DNA of 64,000 nucleotides, from assembly GCF_964204645.1 (NCBI RefSeq), contig NC_134025.1, positions 868,001-932,000 on the forward strand, written 5' to 3'. The notes beneath the pieces are model-generated. The model worked only from the letters and a program-made list of their open reading frames with translations, did no database searches and was not told the DNA's origin. This DNA is from Tubulanus polymorphus (Eukaryota; Animalia; Nemertea). Positions 51,501 to 62,310 of the stretch are shown here, one piece after another. The position numbers were made by a program, and so were the translations under genes. Each line of letters opens with the position of its first letter. The first letter of the stretch is position 1.

Positions 51501-52669
51501 ATAAAATGTGTATTGAAAGATTCAATCATCAGCCTCACTGATAATATACTGTCGACTTATCGTTATTATGTAATGGATGATGCAAATCATGAAAGGGGTT
51601 AAAAGTGTAGTTACAACGGAGTTAGTTGTACAACCGTATCGTACAACCAGTGACATGATCACTTCTCGCAAAATAAGCTTACGATCGCTTCCAAACGTTC
51701 AAATGACCCTTCTTACCCAACTCTCTTCGTTTTTTCCATCACATCACATTCAACTATTGGATAACTGCATTATTTTATAGGTTACTATTTACAAATATGA
51801 TAATTATATGCGAACATGTCATTTATGTGTAATATGCATGATCCTTAATGTTTTTTTTTTTCATTCCAGATTTGGATATAATTGAAAATATTATGAAAGA
51901 CCAGTCTGAAGCAGCCCGCAGAGCACTTCCGGGATTGAAAAACGTTTACAAAAGGTGCGTTGCAAATATCTGCGGGCCTAAGGAGCCAACTCCTCCTAAA
52001 ATAATTCCACCATTTGAGTTGGTTCCTTTGCAGGAGGTGGACCCTGCTTCTCCCGTAAATGTGGAGCAGGAGGTCGCCCCTGCAGTGGTGACCCCGACAG
52101 AGGCGCCACAGCTTCAGACGCCTTCACTGCGTCGGTCGCCCCGTCGAAAGACAAAAGATATAAATTACGCAATAGGTACGGGGCGTCCGAAAACAAAAAA
52201 GAAAGGCAAGCGTGCCGCTCATCCTCTTCCACCGAAACAGCTCAACTTTGAAGAGGAGAGCAGTGATGAGGATCTCGCCAATCCTGGAGCACAAACACCA
52301 CCACCACCAGGGCCCGCAACACCTCCACCACTTCACGCAACACCTCCACCACTTCACGCAACACCTCCACCACCTCCACCACCGCCATCTAAGACTAAGA
52401 CTAAGAGTAAGAAAAGACAAACTAAAAAAAGAGCACTTGAAGAAGATGAAGAAGAAGATGATGATGATGATATTTTTGTAACGCCCGCCCAGGCTTCGAC
52501 ATCGGGCGCTCCAGCGGGGGCACCACCTTCCCCCGCTGTCGAGCTTATCGCGCGCGGCCCTGGTTGGTCTCGTAACATCGATTTTAAAGATCCAATAAGA
52601 ATGCTCCGCGATGTTGAAGGGGCATTTAAAGGTAAATTTCAAATGGTTAAACGTCGGCGAACACAATAG
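45569..52669 (+). CDS. Orphan ~299-aa Pro-rich/acidic/basic (likely nuclear) protein; coding exons 45569-45668 and 51870-52669
   Basis: ATG in exon 2 (MSTKYDLFSGLLKLVRAEVLTLDPETLGAFFDL). Phase-1 donor A|gtaagt joins in frame to acceptor ttccag|AT of the 273-aa ORF. AATAAA at ~52875. Confidence 0.6.
46220..46520. repeat. Diverged ~31-bp tandem repeat (taactggactgcggtgtagtccatattttagtca)
   Basis: Read directly from the sequence; each unit holds a small ggact...agtcc inverted repeat. Confidence 0.85.
47048..47390. repeat. 23-bp minisatellite (cacagtttactcagtatccggac) x~15
   Basis: Contiguous units with no spacers. Confidence 0.97.
48730..49130 (-). mobile_element. tRNA-derived SINE with conserved central domain and L2-like tail, interrupted by a MITE
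   Basis: Minus strand reads ggcaagacactt...cctctctccacccagaagtaaatgggtacc, a typical metazoan SINE core, then a 3' tail gtaaagcgctctgag...(tat)n. Confidence 0.6.
48837..48973. mobile_element. Second copy of the ~140-bp Harbinger-like MITE, nested in the SINE
   Basis: Shares aagtccaaaagtggtcttaaatcttaagactgatcttaag with 10951-11091; ctg flanks both ends. Confidence 0.75.
49985..50410 (+). mobile_element. 5'-truncated L2/CR1-group LINE fragment (ORF2 C-terminus, 3' UTR and (ATCCT)n tail)
   Basis: RDHIS..LPVRKRILFKVALLVFKCLHNLAPSYLS..GGRAF...APTVWNSLP..LR....FKAQLKTFLF is the characteristic L2/CR1-group ORF2 end; tandem tail at 50386-50410. Confidence 0.88.
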
Positions 52670-53132
52670 TATAATATCAGCCCCTTCACTCGCCATCACC
52701 CGGGCAACAACATCAGCCCAGCACGTCTGCAGATCGGCACTTCTTGAAACTCAGTTTTCCCTTCCTCCTTCGTCGATCTGCAGGTTGCGCAGTGTTAAAT
52801 ATCTGTCAACACTCCTTGAACCAGTGGGCGTGCAGTCCTTCCTTATTTTTATTTGAAAAAAAAATAATGAAAAAATAAAAACCAGACATGTGAATATGGA
52901 TTTTATGGAGTTTTACGGTTAATCTCCAAAAAAATAATTAAAAACTAAAAATGAAAAAAAGTCATTTATCATTTCATCAATTTATTTATTTCTATGGATA
53001 AAATTAGATATTTATCCATCTCATCATTCATTTATATTTTAAATCATTTATTTATTTATTCTTAACATTTTATTTGACTGTACGTCCCACTGTGTTCCAC
53101 ACCATTTCATTACAATACCCGTTTCATTTTCG

Positions 53133-53698
53133 TTCTCACGATGCTGAAGCATTTACCATCCTTGCTACTACTTCGCATCAGTAATTATCCATACCACCTA
53201 ATTGTGGCAGTAGCCTTCTAAGGAGTCATCAATTCTAATGCTATGGTCAGCCTTTTCAAATGTCTTTCGGGATATAGACCATCCTTGCTACTACAACACC
53301 TTATTAATTAAGGTTCATTTTGCTTCTCACGATGCTGAAGCATTTACCATTCTTGCCACTTATTCCATTGCAACACCTTTTTAATTAAGGTTCATTTTGC
53401 TTCTCACGATGCTGAAGCATTTACCATCCTTGCTACTACTTCCATTACAGTACCTTAATCATTAAGGTTGATTTTGCTTCTCATGATGCTGAAGCATATA
53501 CCATCCTTGCTACTACTTCCATTACAATACCTTAATCATTAAGGTTGATTTTGCTTCTCATGATGCTGAAGCATTTACCATCCTTGCCACTACTTTGCAG
53601 CAGTAGCCATCCATACCACCTAATTGTGGCAGTAGCCTTCTTAGGAGTCATCAATTCTAATGCTATGGTCAGCCTTTTCAAATGTCTTTCGGGATATG
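53133..53698. repeat. ~145-bp direct repeats (53135-53278, 53555-53697) bracketing ~75-bp tandem units
   Basis: The ttctcacgatgctgaagcatttaccatccttgc core recurs five times. Confidence 0.85.
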
Positions 53699-54849
53699 CA
53701 GGGAATCAATTCCTACAATAAGTCCTATGGAGTTTGAAAAATGTAGATTTTTCAAATCAAAAAGAACAGCTATGATTCACATAATGTGTTTCCTTATCAA
53801 ACTTGGAACATGGAGAAGGAATAGCTATGTTTCACACATAATGCGTTTCCTTATGAAGCTGAAAATAACATGGAGAAGGAACAGCTATGTTTCACATAAT
53901 GCGATTCCTTAGGAAACTACATTGAAACAGATTGTTCAATGTTCCATGTTGCCCCCTCCCCCAATACTATGACGTTTATACGTCAAGTGCAAAACCATTA
54001 TATCGTTATTAACATACTTGTTTTTCTAATTACAGAATTAAAGATTAATTTAATATGATGCGAAAACTTGAATGATTGAAATGTTAATATCTAATGCTCA
54101 ACAACGGAGGGAAATCCTTCACATGTGATCGGAAGGATTTAAAATGTTTACTCATAAGGAAAAGGAATATATATTTATATACGTGAGATTGCCTGGATTG
54201 AAAATTGCACAAGAAAGGAAACCACAGCAAAGACTATGGTAATCAATTTCATTACATTTCTTGGGTGTGAAAGTTCACTGGATCAGTGATCTATGCATGA
54301 ATTTACGAGTTCTTAATTGAACATGCAAAAATCTGCAAAAATGCAATGATAAAGAATCTTAGATAAAAAAAGAATAAAATAAAGATCTTGGACTAGAGAA
54401 TTAGTCGTAATCACTTCAGTGATCAGGTTTTATTGATTGATATTGATCTCTACTTATCCTAACAATCACCAGGATGAAGATTTGAGTTTAAGATTCTTGT
54501 TAGATTAATCTGCATCTCTTGTTGAAATCAATAAGGCATATGAGAGAGCAGGTTCAGGGAGGTATGAGAAAGGAGGTCCAGGGAGGTATGAGAGAGGAGG
54601 TTCAGGGAATATGAGAGTTTATTGAGATATGATAGAGGAGTTTATGGAGATATGATAGAGGAGTTTATGGAGATATGATAGAGGAGTTTATGGAGAGAGA
54701 GAGGAGTTTAAGGAGATATGATAGAGGAGATGGTCTAAAAGGAAAATTGTTAAGTACATAACAATCGAGCAACTCAGTAATAGACATCGCTTTGATAAAG
54801 TAACTTCTGGTCCCTCGATTGGGATCTAGATTGCAGTAATTGTGTTCAG

Positions 54850-55411
54850 CGATTGAAATATGGTTGATAGAGCGTGGAATTGTTTCCATGTAGGCGAGCA
54901 ATGCATAAAACACACTCAGATTAAGGCTGTTGAGAGTGAATTATCAATAGATTTAAGAAATCTACGATGAAGTTGTTTCCAAGAGGTCGATCATTCATAT
55001 AGCAGTTAATCAGATCAGGTTCTCAGGTGCTTCCTTGGTCCCCAAAAACGGCATAAGTTGTATCAAAGTATGTGATATATTCTACTAATTTATTGCATGA
55101 AAAGAGGCTACTTGTAGTTTCTCAGCTACTTTGTAATTATTGTTGTGAAGAGGTCACAAAATCCAAACTAAAACCAGCATCATCAATAGATTTCTACTGA
55201 CTGAGATCCAGTCATACTGCTCATGTCGAACAGTTTGTTGTATTTTTGTGGTACCAGTTTTTTCACTTGATGCGAATGAACAAAATTCCCAAATTTTGAG
55301 TCCTTCAGTGCTGAAATTCCAATTTAATACAAATTTTCCTAATCTTAACTTTCCAAAAATTTTAACTTTTCCTATCCTATTTCTTGTCGAAAATTTCATT
55401 CCAGTTCTCAA
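54850..55411 (-). pseudogene. Probable decayed MULE (Mutator-like) transposase fragment
   Basis: Across frameshifts and stops the minus strand reads FCSF..NWYHK(I)QQ...Y.....RNLL..L....(P); LVEYITYFDTTY...PDLINCY..DRPLGNNF / HRRFLKSI / NLSVFYALLAYME. This is the motif order of animal MULE transposases (CxFH..WRKIQ; YF..TW..P..WNxY..RTNN..EGWHRR..HPNIW.FI). By-eye match only. Confidence 0.45.
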
Positions 55412-57368
55412 AATTATTTGCGGTTTTTGAATATCTGCGGAATATGATAAATTATTTTCCTGGTTTCGTTTTTACTATTGGCCAAAATCAAATCTTATAT
55501 GAATTATTATCACTATAATTTGATTCTTTCACTGATTGATTAAAGGTCTTTTCGGGTTTGGTTCGATATTGTGATTGATCAAGGTGATCCATCTAAAACT
55601 ATTTCATCTGTATTAATTTTGAAATATTCATATCTGAAAACAATTTCATTGATATTTCTAAACTAGTAATTCTAAAAAAATTCTAAAAACAATTTTACAC
55701 GTATCTTATTACTATTCTAGAACGATTTTAAATTATTTCAATTTTAATGTAACTATTTTATCTGAAATTTTATCTATGAAAGTAACTATTTTATATCTGA
55801 ATTTTAAAATACCTATGATATCTGAGAACTATTTTATTTGAATTTTAATCTATTAAAGAAACTATTTTATATCTGAATTTTTAAATACCTATGATATCTA
55901 AAAACTATTTTATCCGAATATCATACTATTTCATTTGTATATATTTTATCTCAAAGTATCTTTTTAAACTATTTTGTTTGTATGTATTTTAAAAGCTATT
56001 TAATTTGTATATGTTTTAAAAGCTATTTGATTTGTATATATTTAAAAACTATATAATTTGTATGTATTCTTTAAGAACAATGTTTTATTTGTATTTCAAT
56101 ACTTACTAAAAGATCAATTTTATGAAATATTCTATATTCGACTATCACTGTGTATATTCGAACCCCAGTGATTTCATGAGAATGGAATAACTGAAGGTCC
56201 AGGTTTTATCACCGAATACTCTTTGACACAATTACGTGGTCCACAACACAGATATAAATAGTGGTTATATAAAAGGCCCATGTTGTATATAGTGCACGCA
56301 TAAAGAGCTTTTACTCGTAGTTGATATAGGCTTAGTAAATGTGAAATGTGATTGAGAACTTTTTCTCATACTTTCTTTACCTTTTTTCTTATAGCTTTTT
56401 TCAATTTTCTATTAGCTACAGTAAATCCACTCATTTTTAGTCGGTGTTTCACTATCATGGAATGCGATAAGTAAAAAAAAAACAGTCCAAGGGTATTTTT
56501 CATATGATATTTTCAGCGTCTTGACGTATGAAATTGACATAGATTATTGAAGCGTAGATTCAGAAAATCACTACTAGGTGGCGTGTCAGATTATTAGTTC
56601 AATGACATCAGATGAATATGATAATACAACCACTTGTAGTACAAACAGTAACAACAAACTTTATTTTCCTGCACAATATACAAATAGTAGTAAAGTCCAA
56701 TACTATCTTTGAATTTCCTCTAGCCTAAAGGCTAGCGGTCATATTATTATTTTTATTGGACGTCATCTCGGCTTTTTCAAAACTCGTCTTTGAACGTAAT
56801 GATAATCTATAGTGTTTTTGGAATTTATATAAATCCACGCAAATTTGATATCATCATAACAAAATATGTCGCTGAAAACATCATATAAAAATACAATCGG
56901 ATTTTTTTATTTTATTTATTTCGTTCCATACAAAACCGTACTCAGTTCCACAGTTTGATTTGGATGCAAGAATTTAAATACATACAATTGCACAACTGTT
57001 AAACTGGGATTTGTTAAATTGCGAGCATGACGTTTATAATTAATCACTAGTGTGTTTCAAGTTAGGCTTAGTTTAGATTAGTTGGTTTTTGTTTAGTCAT
57101 TTTATTTATTTTCGCTGTTTTAAATTTAATTCGTTCCAGTTGATTTAACTCTAGTTTAGTTTAAGTTTAAGTTCGTTTAGGTCAAGTTGATTAAGTCGTA
57201 ACTATTGATGTTAACTTAAAGTACGTATAAACCTCTGATAAACTGAGGGTGAATTTATCTTGTGATAAGTTACGCTCAGGTTATTAATCAATAATCCCAT
57301 TTAAGATCTCATTATTTTTTGCAGTTCAGAGATTTTCACTGAATAAAATAGTAACATCTTAGAATGTG

Positions 57369-57852
57369 ATGAACTGAGGGTAAATTCATCATTGATGAAA
57401 CTACTCTCAGGATCATCATTAAAACAATGAATGAACTGAGGGTAAATTCATCATTGTTGAAATCACTCTCAGGATCATCATTGAAACAATGAATGAACTG
57501 AGGGTAAATTCATCATTGTTGAAATTACTCTCAGGATCATTATTGAAACAATGAATGAACTGAGGGTAAATTCATCATTGTTGAAATCACTCTCAGGATC
57601 ATCATTAAAACAATGAATGAACTGAGGGTAAATTCATCATTGTTGAAATTACTCTCAGGATCATCATTAAAACAATGAATAAACTGAGGGTAAATTCATC
57701 ATTGATGAAATTACTCTCAGGATCATTATTGAAACAATGAATGAACTGAGGGTAAATTCATCATTGTTGAAATTACTCTCAGGATCATCATTAAAACAAT
57801 GAATGAACTGAGGGTAAATTCATCATTGTTGAAATTACTCTCAGTTCATTGA
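57369..57852. repeat. 62-bp tandem repeat x8, each unit an imperfect hairpin
   Basis: Units start at 57371, 57433, 57495, 57557, 57619, 57681, 57743 and 57805; core ctgagggtaaattca-N7-tgaaattactctcag. Confidence 0.95.
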
Positions 57853-58170
57853 AAATATTTTAGTGTTAACAGCAGTTTTGATTACTCCCTTGTTTTCTTG
57901 TTATTGATAATTACATCAGAAGTTATAGAATAGATGATTTAATTTTTATTGTTCGATGAACTTGCAGTTAATTAGATTAATTAATAATAAAATTACTCTC
58001 AGGTCATTGAACCATAATCTTTTTAACGTTATCTTAATTAAGGATCTAGGGTTTTTATACTAAAATAAGATTGTTATTTTACTTTTTCTTAGGTTTACTG
58101 TTAGGGAATTTTTCTTTTCTTTTTTTTAGTTTTTAGACTTTTCATTTTTTGGGTTTTTTCTAGATTCTAA

Positions 58171-58683
58171 TTTTTTTCCAACACTTGGGACCTAAGTGTG
58201 TTCACTTTTCATCCGTCATTTTTCTGTTTTGAAAACTTTTCAATGGATTGTCTTGAGATTTGGTTTATGCACATATCTACCCTAGATTCATCTGCAGCCC
58301 AAAAACTGACAGAGAATCAAGATAGCTGACTGGTGGTCATTTTCATTGGCCAAAATGAGCACTTTTACAGATTTGAAGTGTTTTCAAGGGAAGTTTTGAA
58401 GATGTCTTCAACAATTGATGTTAAATATGGATACGTATGCCCCCAGGGCCCATCATCATTAGAATTATTGGGTTGTTGACATTTGATAAGCGTAAGCCAT
58501 TGTTATAGGACACCACTTACATGGAATCAGGCTTACACCATTTTCTGTTCTTCATCTTCATCAGGGGAATTGAACTATAGACAATATTTCTCATTAGTTT
58601 TGGTACCTATGCATTTTAATGCAATCAATTGCAAATTTTTAGCATTGGTTTTTGTTATGTTTACCAGGGGCATAAAATATTGA
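58171..58683 (+). pseudogene. Probable Ulp1/SENP (peptidase C48)-like pseudogene
   Basis: One frame of ~170 codons broken only by TGA at 58327 and 58477: VFTFHPSFF...DCLEIWF...LVVIFIGQNEHFYRFEV...VPMHFNAINCKFLALVF. This echoes the C48 motifs (F-N/S-x-FF, W, I-P-I..HW, PxQxNxxDCGxF). Confidence 0.4.
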
Positions 58684-58824
58684 AATTGTCCGATTGTCAA
58701 GCAATTTCACCGAGTGGGCAAGGTGTCCGTGCACCTCTAGTTTTTCTCTTTTTTTCACTGCTTTCAAGGTTCTCGTACACATTTCATATTTACATGCAGC
58801 TTTTTCATTCAATATATATCAATA

Positions 58825-59162
58825 TCATCCTCACTTGCCAGGTTTTAATTGTCGTCTGCCGAAGCTCATGCCAACATAAACCCCGGCTGCCAACTCTTCA
58901 TTGGTCTCTTACGTTGCTCAAGATTTCTTTGGTAGACAGGTTACCACTGAGCGGCCACTAGTCTTTATATCTATGTTTCGCCGGCAGATTCGCTACACAT
59001 CTGATTGACTAGATAAAAAGACTGGTGGCCGCTTAGCAGCAACCTGTCGACCCGAGATATCTTGGACAATGTAAGAGACCAATGTAGGGTTTGTGACCAG
59101 GGTTTATGTAAGCGTGAGTGCCGGTGGGCGGCAATAAAACCCTGGTGATTGAGGATGTACAT
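58825..59162. repeat. Diverged inverted duplication (~150-bp arms, ~35-bp spacer)
   Basis: 58825-58973 is the diverged reverse complement of 59009-59162 (LHWSLTLLKISLVDRLPLSGH on + versus LHWSLTLSKISRVDRLLLSGH on -). Confidence 0.85.
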
Positions 59163-60209
59163 ATCAACACACAAAAGCCCAATATAATAGGCAGCATTAT
59201 TATTGTGAGGTGAACCTGGCCTAATATACCGCGCGGTAAAAACCACTCTTTCTGTGGTTGTGTAGTACCAGTAATTGATGATCATCGAGTGAGTGATTGG
59301 CCTGGCCCAGTTATTCCATTCCGAAATCACTTGGGTTCCGATTATGATTGACAAAGTATTTCATCAAATTGATCGACACATTTTATCAGTACTTGTACAA
59401 ATTGTAAATATATAAATAGCTTTTTATTTATATATATTATATTTCTTTTTTGATTTTTTTATTGATTTTGATTTCTACTTTAAATATTTTTAGATATCTT
59501 TTTAACTTAAGATTTTAATGATTATTTAAACATTTCAAATATTATCTTAAAACTTTTTAATTTTCTAAACTTCATAATACCTATACATCAAATCAAACTA
59601 TTTTAGATTTAATTGATAATTAATATTTTTAATTCTATTGAATGATTTTGATATTCAAAACAACAGAATGAATGCATTCAATCTTAGTTCGATACTGATA
59701 TTGATACTGATTATTGTTTTAACGACATTTTAACCTATAAGTTTGGAGCATTGATATTATTTCATTGCATTAGTCCTGCCTCCTTATTTATGGCTGATGG
59801 TTGATTTCAGATTTACAGCTTCTGATAATAATAATATTAATTCAATGCTACGTTCTGTTTTGTTGGTTATATTTCATACGAACGTTTTTAAGGATGACTT
59901 ATTGTCGAATTGATATTTGGTAGTGCAGAGGTTGAAATAATTAGGCCTACAGGTATATAATTATATAGAATTATCTGAAAAACCTAACATATAAGTAGTA
60001 TTGCTAGTGTCCCTCTATTTTCAAGTTGTCCTGTGGTACGACTTTAAACTGCCTCTTTTAAACAATACGTTTTATCCATACATTTTATCAGTGATTTTTA
60101 TCTATTTGTCCTGTGGTACGACGTTAAACTGCCTCTTTTTAACCATTTTTTTATTGTTTTTACCCATATGTTTTATTGTTTTTATCATATGTTTTATCGT
60201 TTTTATCAC

Positions 60210-60780
60210 CCCTTCTTTTTCTACCTTTCTCTATTCTTTCCCTCCCTGTCTCTATCCTTTCACTCTCTGTCTCTATCCTTTCCCTCTCTGTCTCTATCCT
60301 TTCCCTCCCTGTCTCTATCCTTTCACTCTCTCTATCCTTTCCCCCTCTTTCTCTAACCCACTAACTCTCTTCCTCTTTCTCTAACCCACTAACTCTCTCC
60401 CTCTTTCTCTAACCCACTAACTTTCTCTTCCTCTTTCTCTAACCCACTAACTCTCTCCTCTCTCTCCTTTCTTCCTCTCACCCCTCTCCTTCATCCTTCC
60501 TCCTCTCTCCCTCCTCTCTCTCTCCTCACTCTCCTATCTCTCTCTTTCTCTTTCTTTCTCTCTATCTTGTAAATATTGTAAATTTGTAAATAGTAGTTTT
60601 TATTTCTCTTGTAAATATTGTAAATTTGTAAATAGTAGTTTTCATTTCTCTTGTAAATATTGTAAATTTGTAAATATTAGTTTTTATTTCTCTTGTAAAT
60701 ATTGTAAATTTGTAAATAGTAGTTTTTATTTCTCTTTTTAACTTTCTTGTAAATATTGTAAATTTGTAGATAGTAGTTTG
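60210..60780. repeat. CT-rich minisatellites followed by a 41-bp AT-rich repeat x5 (cttgtaaatattgtaaatttgtaaatagtagtttttatttct)
   Basis: Read directly from the sequence. Confidence 0.92.
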
Positions 60781-61149
60781 TTTTATTTACTTTTTTAGAG
60801 CCAATTTTAATAGGCCTATACGTAATTTTCATCAGATCTCACTTTATTCAATACAACAGAATGAATGCATTCAATCTTGGTTTCAAACTATTACTTTTCA
60901 CTTTTCACATACATTCGTAGCATTGATTCGTACCATTACATTAGATAAGTCCCTCCTCCTTTTGAATTAATATTTGAAATAAGATTCTAGTTAAGCATAT
61001 AGTAATAAGCGTTTTACATCAAAGACATTTTGTCGCAGGCTGAAGAGCATTTTATATCATATGTTAAGAAACAAGGATTGGAGCAACGATGCTTCCTGTG
61101 ATCTCTGATCTGTTAGCTCACAAGTGCATTTAACCATCACTTGTTTGTG

Positions 61150-62310
61150 ATTGAGTGTACTTTCCCCTCACTGGTTGCATTTCACTTCATTGGTTGCAGC
61201 TATGAACAATCATCTCATTGACTGTGCATACTTCCCCTCACTGCTTGGCACTCCATTGGTTGCAGCTATGAACAATCATCTCATTGACTGTGCATACTTC
61301 CCCCTCACTGGTTGCATTTCACTTCATTGATTGCAGCTATGAACAATCATCCCATTGATTGTGCACTGGTTTGTAATATAATTTCCCCTCACTGGTCGCT
61401 GTTCACTTGATTGATTTCAGCTGTGAACAATCATCTCACTGATTGTGCATACTTTCCCCTCACTGGTTGCAGTTCACTTGATTGGTTGCAGCTATGAACA
61501 ATCATCTCATTAATTGTGCATACTTCCCCCTTACTGGTTGTAACTTCATTGGTTGCAGCTATGAACAATCATCTTAATGATTGAGCTAATTTACCCTTAC
61601 TGGTTTAAAATATAATTTCTCCTTACTGGTTGCAGTTCACTCCATTGGTTGCAGCTATGAACAATCATCTCATCGATTGTGCATACTTCCCCTCACTGGT
61701 TGTTACTTCATTGGTTGCAGCTATGAACAATCATCTCATTGATTGTGCAGACTTCCCCTCACTGGTTGTTACTTCATTGGTTGCAGCTATGAACAATCAT
61801 CTCATTGATTGTGCTTACTTTCCCCTCATTGGTTGCAGTTCACTCCATTGGTTGCAGCTATGAACAATCATCTCATTGATTGTGCATACTTCCCCTCACT
61901 GGTTGGTACTTCATTGGTTGCAGCTATGAACAATCATCTCATTGATTGTGCTTACTTTCCCCTCATTGGTTGCAGTTCACTCCATTGGTTGCAGCTATGA
62001 ACAATCATCTCATTGATTGTGCATACTTCCCCTCACTGGTTGGTACTTCATTGGTTGCAGCTATGAACAATCATCTCATTGATTGTGCATATTTCCCCTC
62101 ACTGGTTGGTACTTCATTGGTTGCAGCTATGAACAATCATCTCATTGATTGTGCTTACTTTCCCCTCACTGGTTGGTACTTCATTGGTTGCAGCTATGAA
62201 CAATCATCTCATTGATTGTGCATACTTTCTCCTCACTGGTTGCAGTTCACTCCATTGGTTGCAGCTATGAAAAATCATCTCATTGATTGTGCATACTTCC
62301 TCTCACTGGT
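61150..62310. repeat. 66/71-bp satellite array (~17 units)
   Basis: Unit ttcattggttgcagctatgaacaatcatctcattgattgtgcatacttcccctcactggttggtac; spacing alternates between 66 and 71 bp. Confidence 0.96.

Noticed and set aside
55040-55070. FDTTY as the first catalytic Asp motif of FAR1/MULE
   Set aside because: Its position relative to the other blocks fits the later YF-x-x-T-W/Y helix better than the first catalytic Asp.
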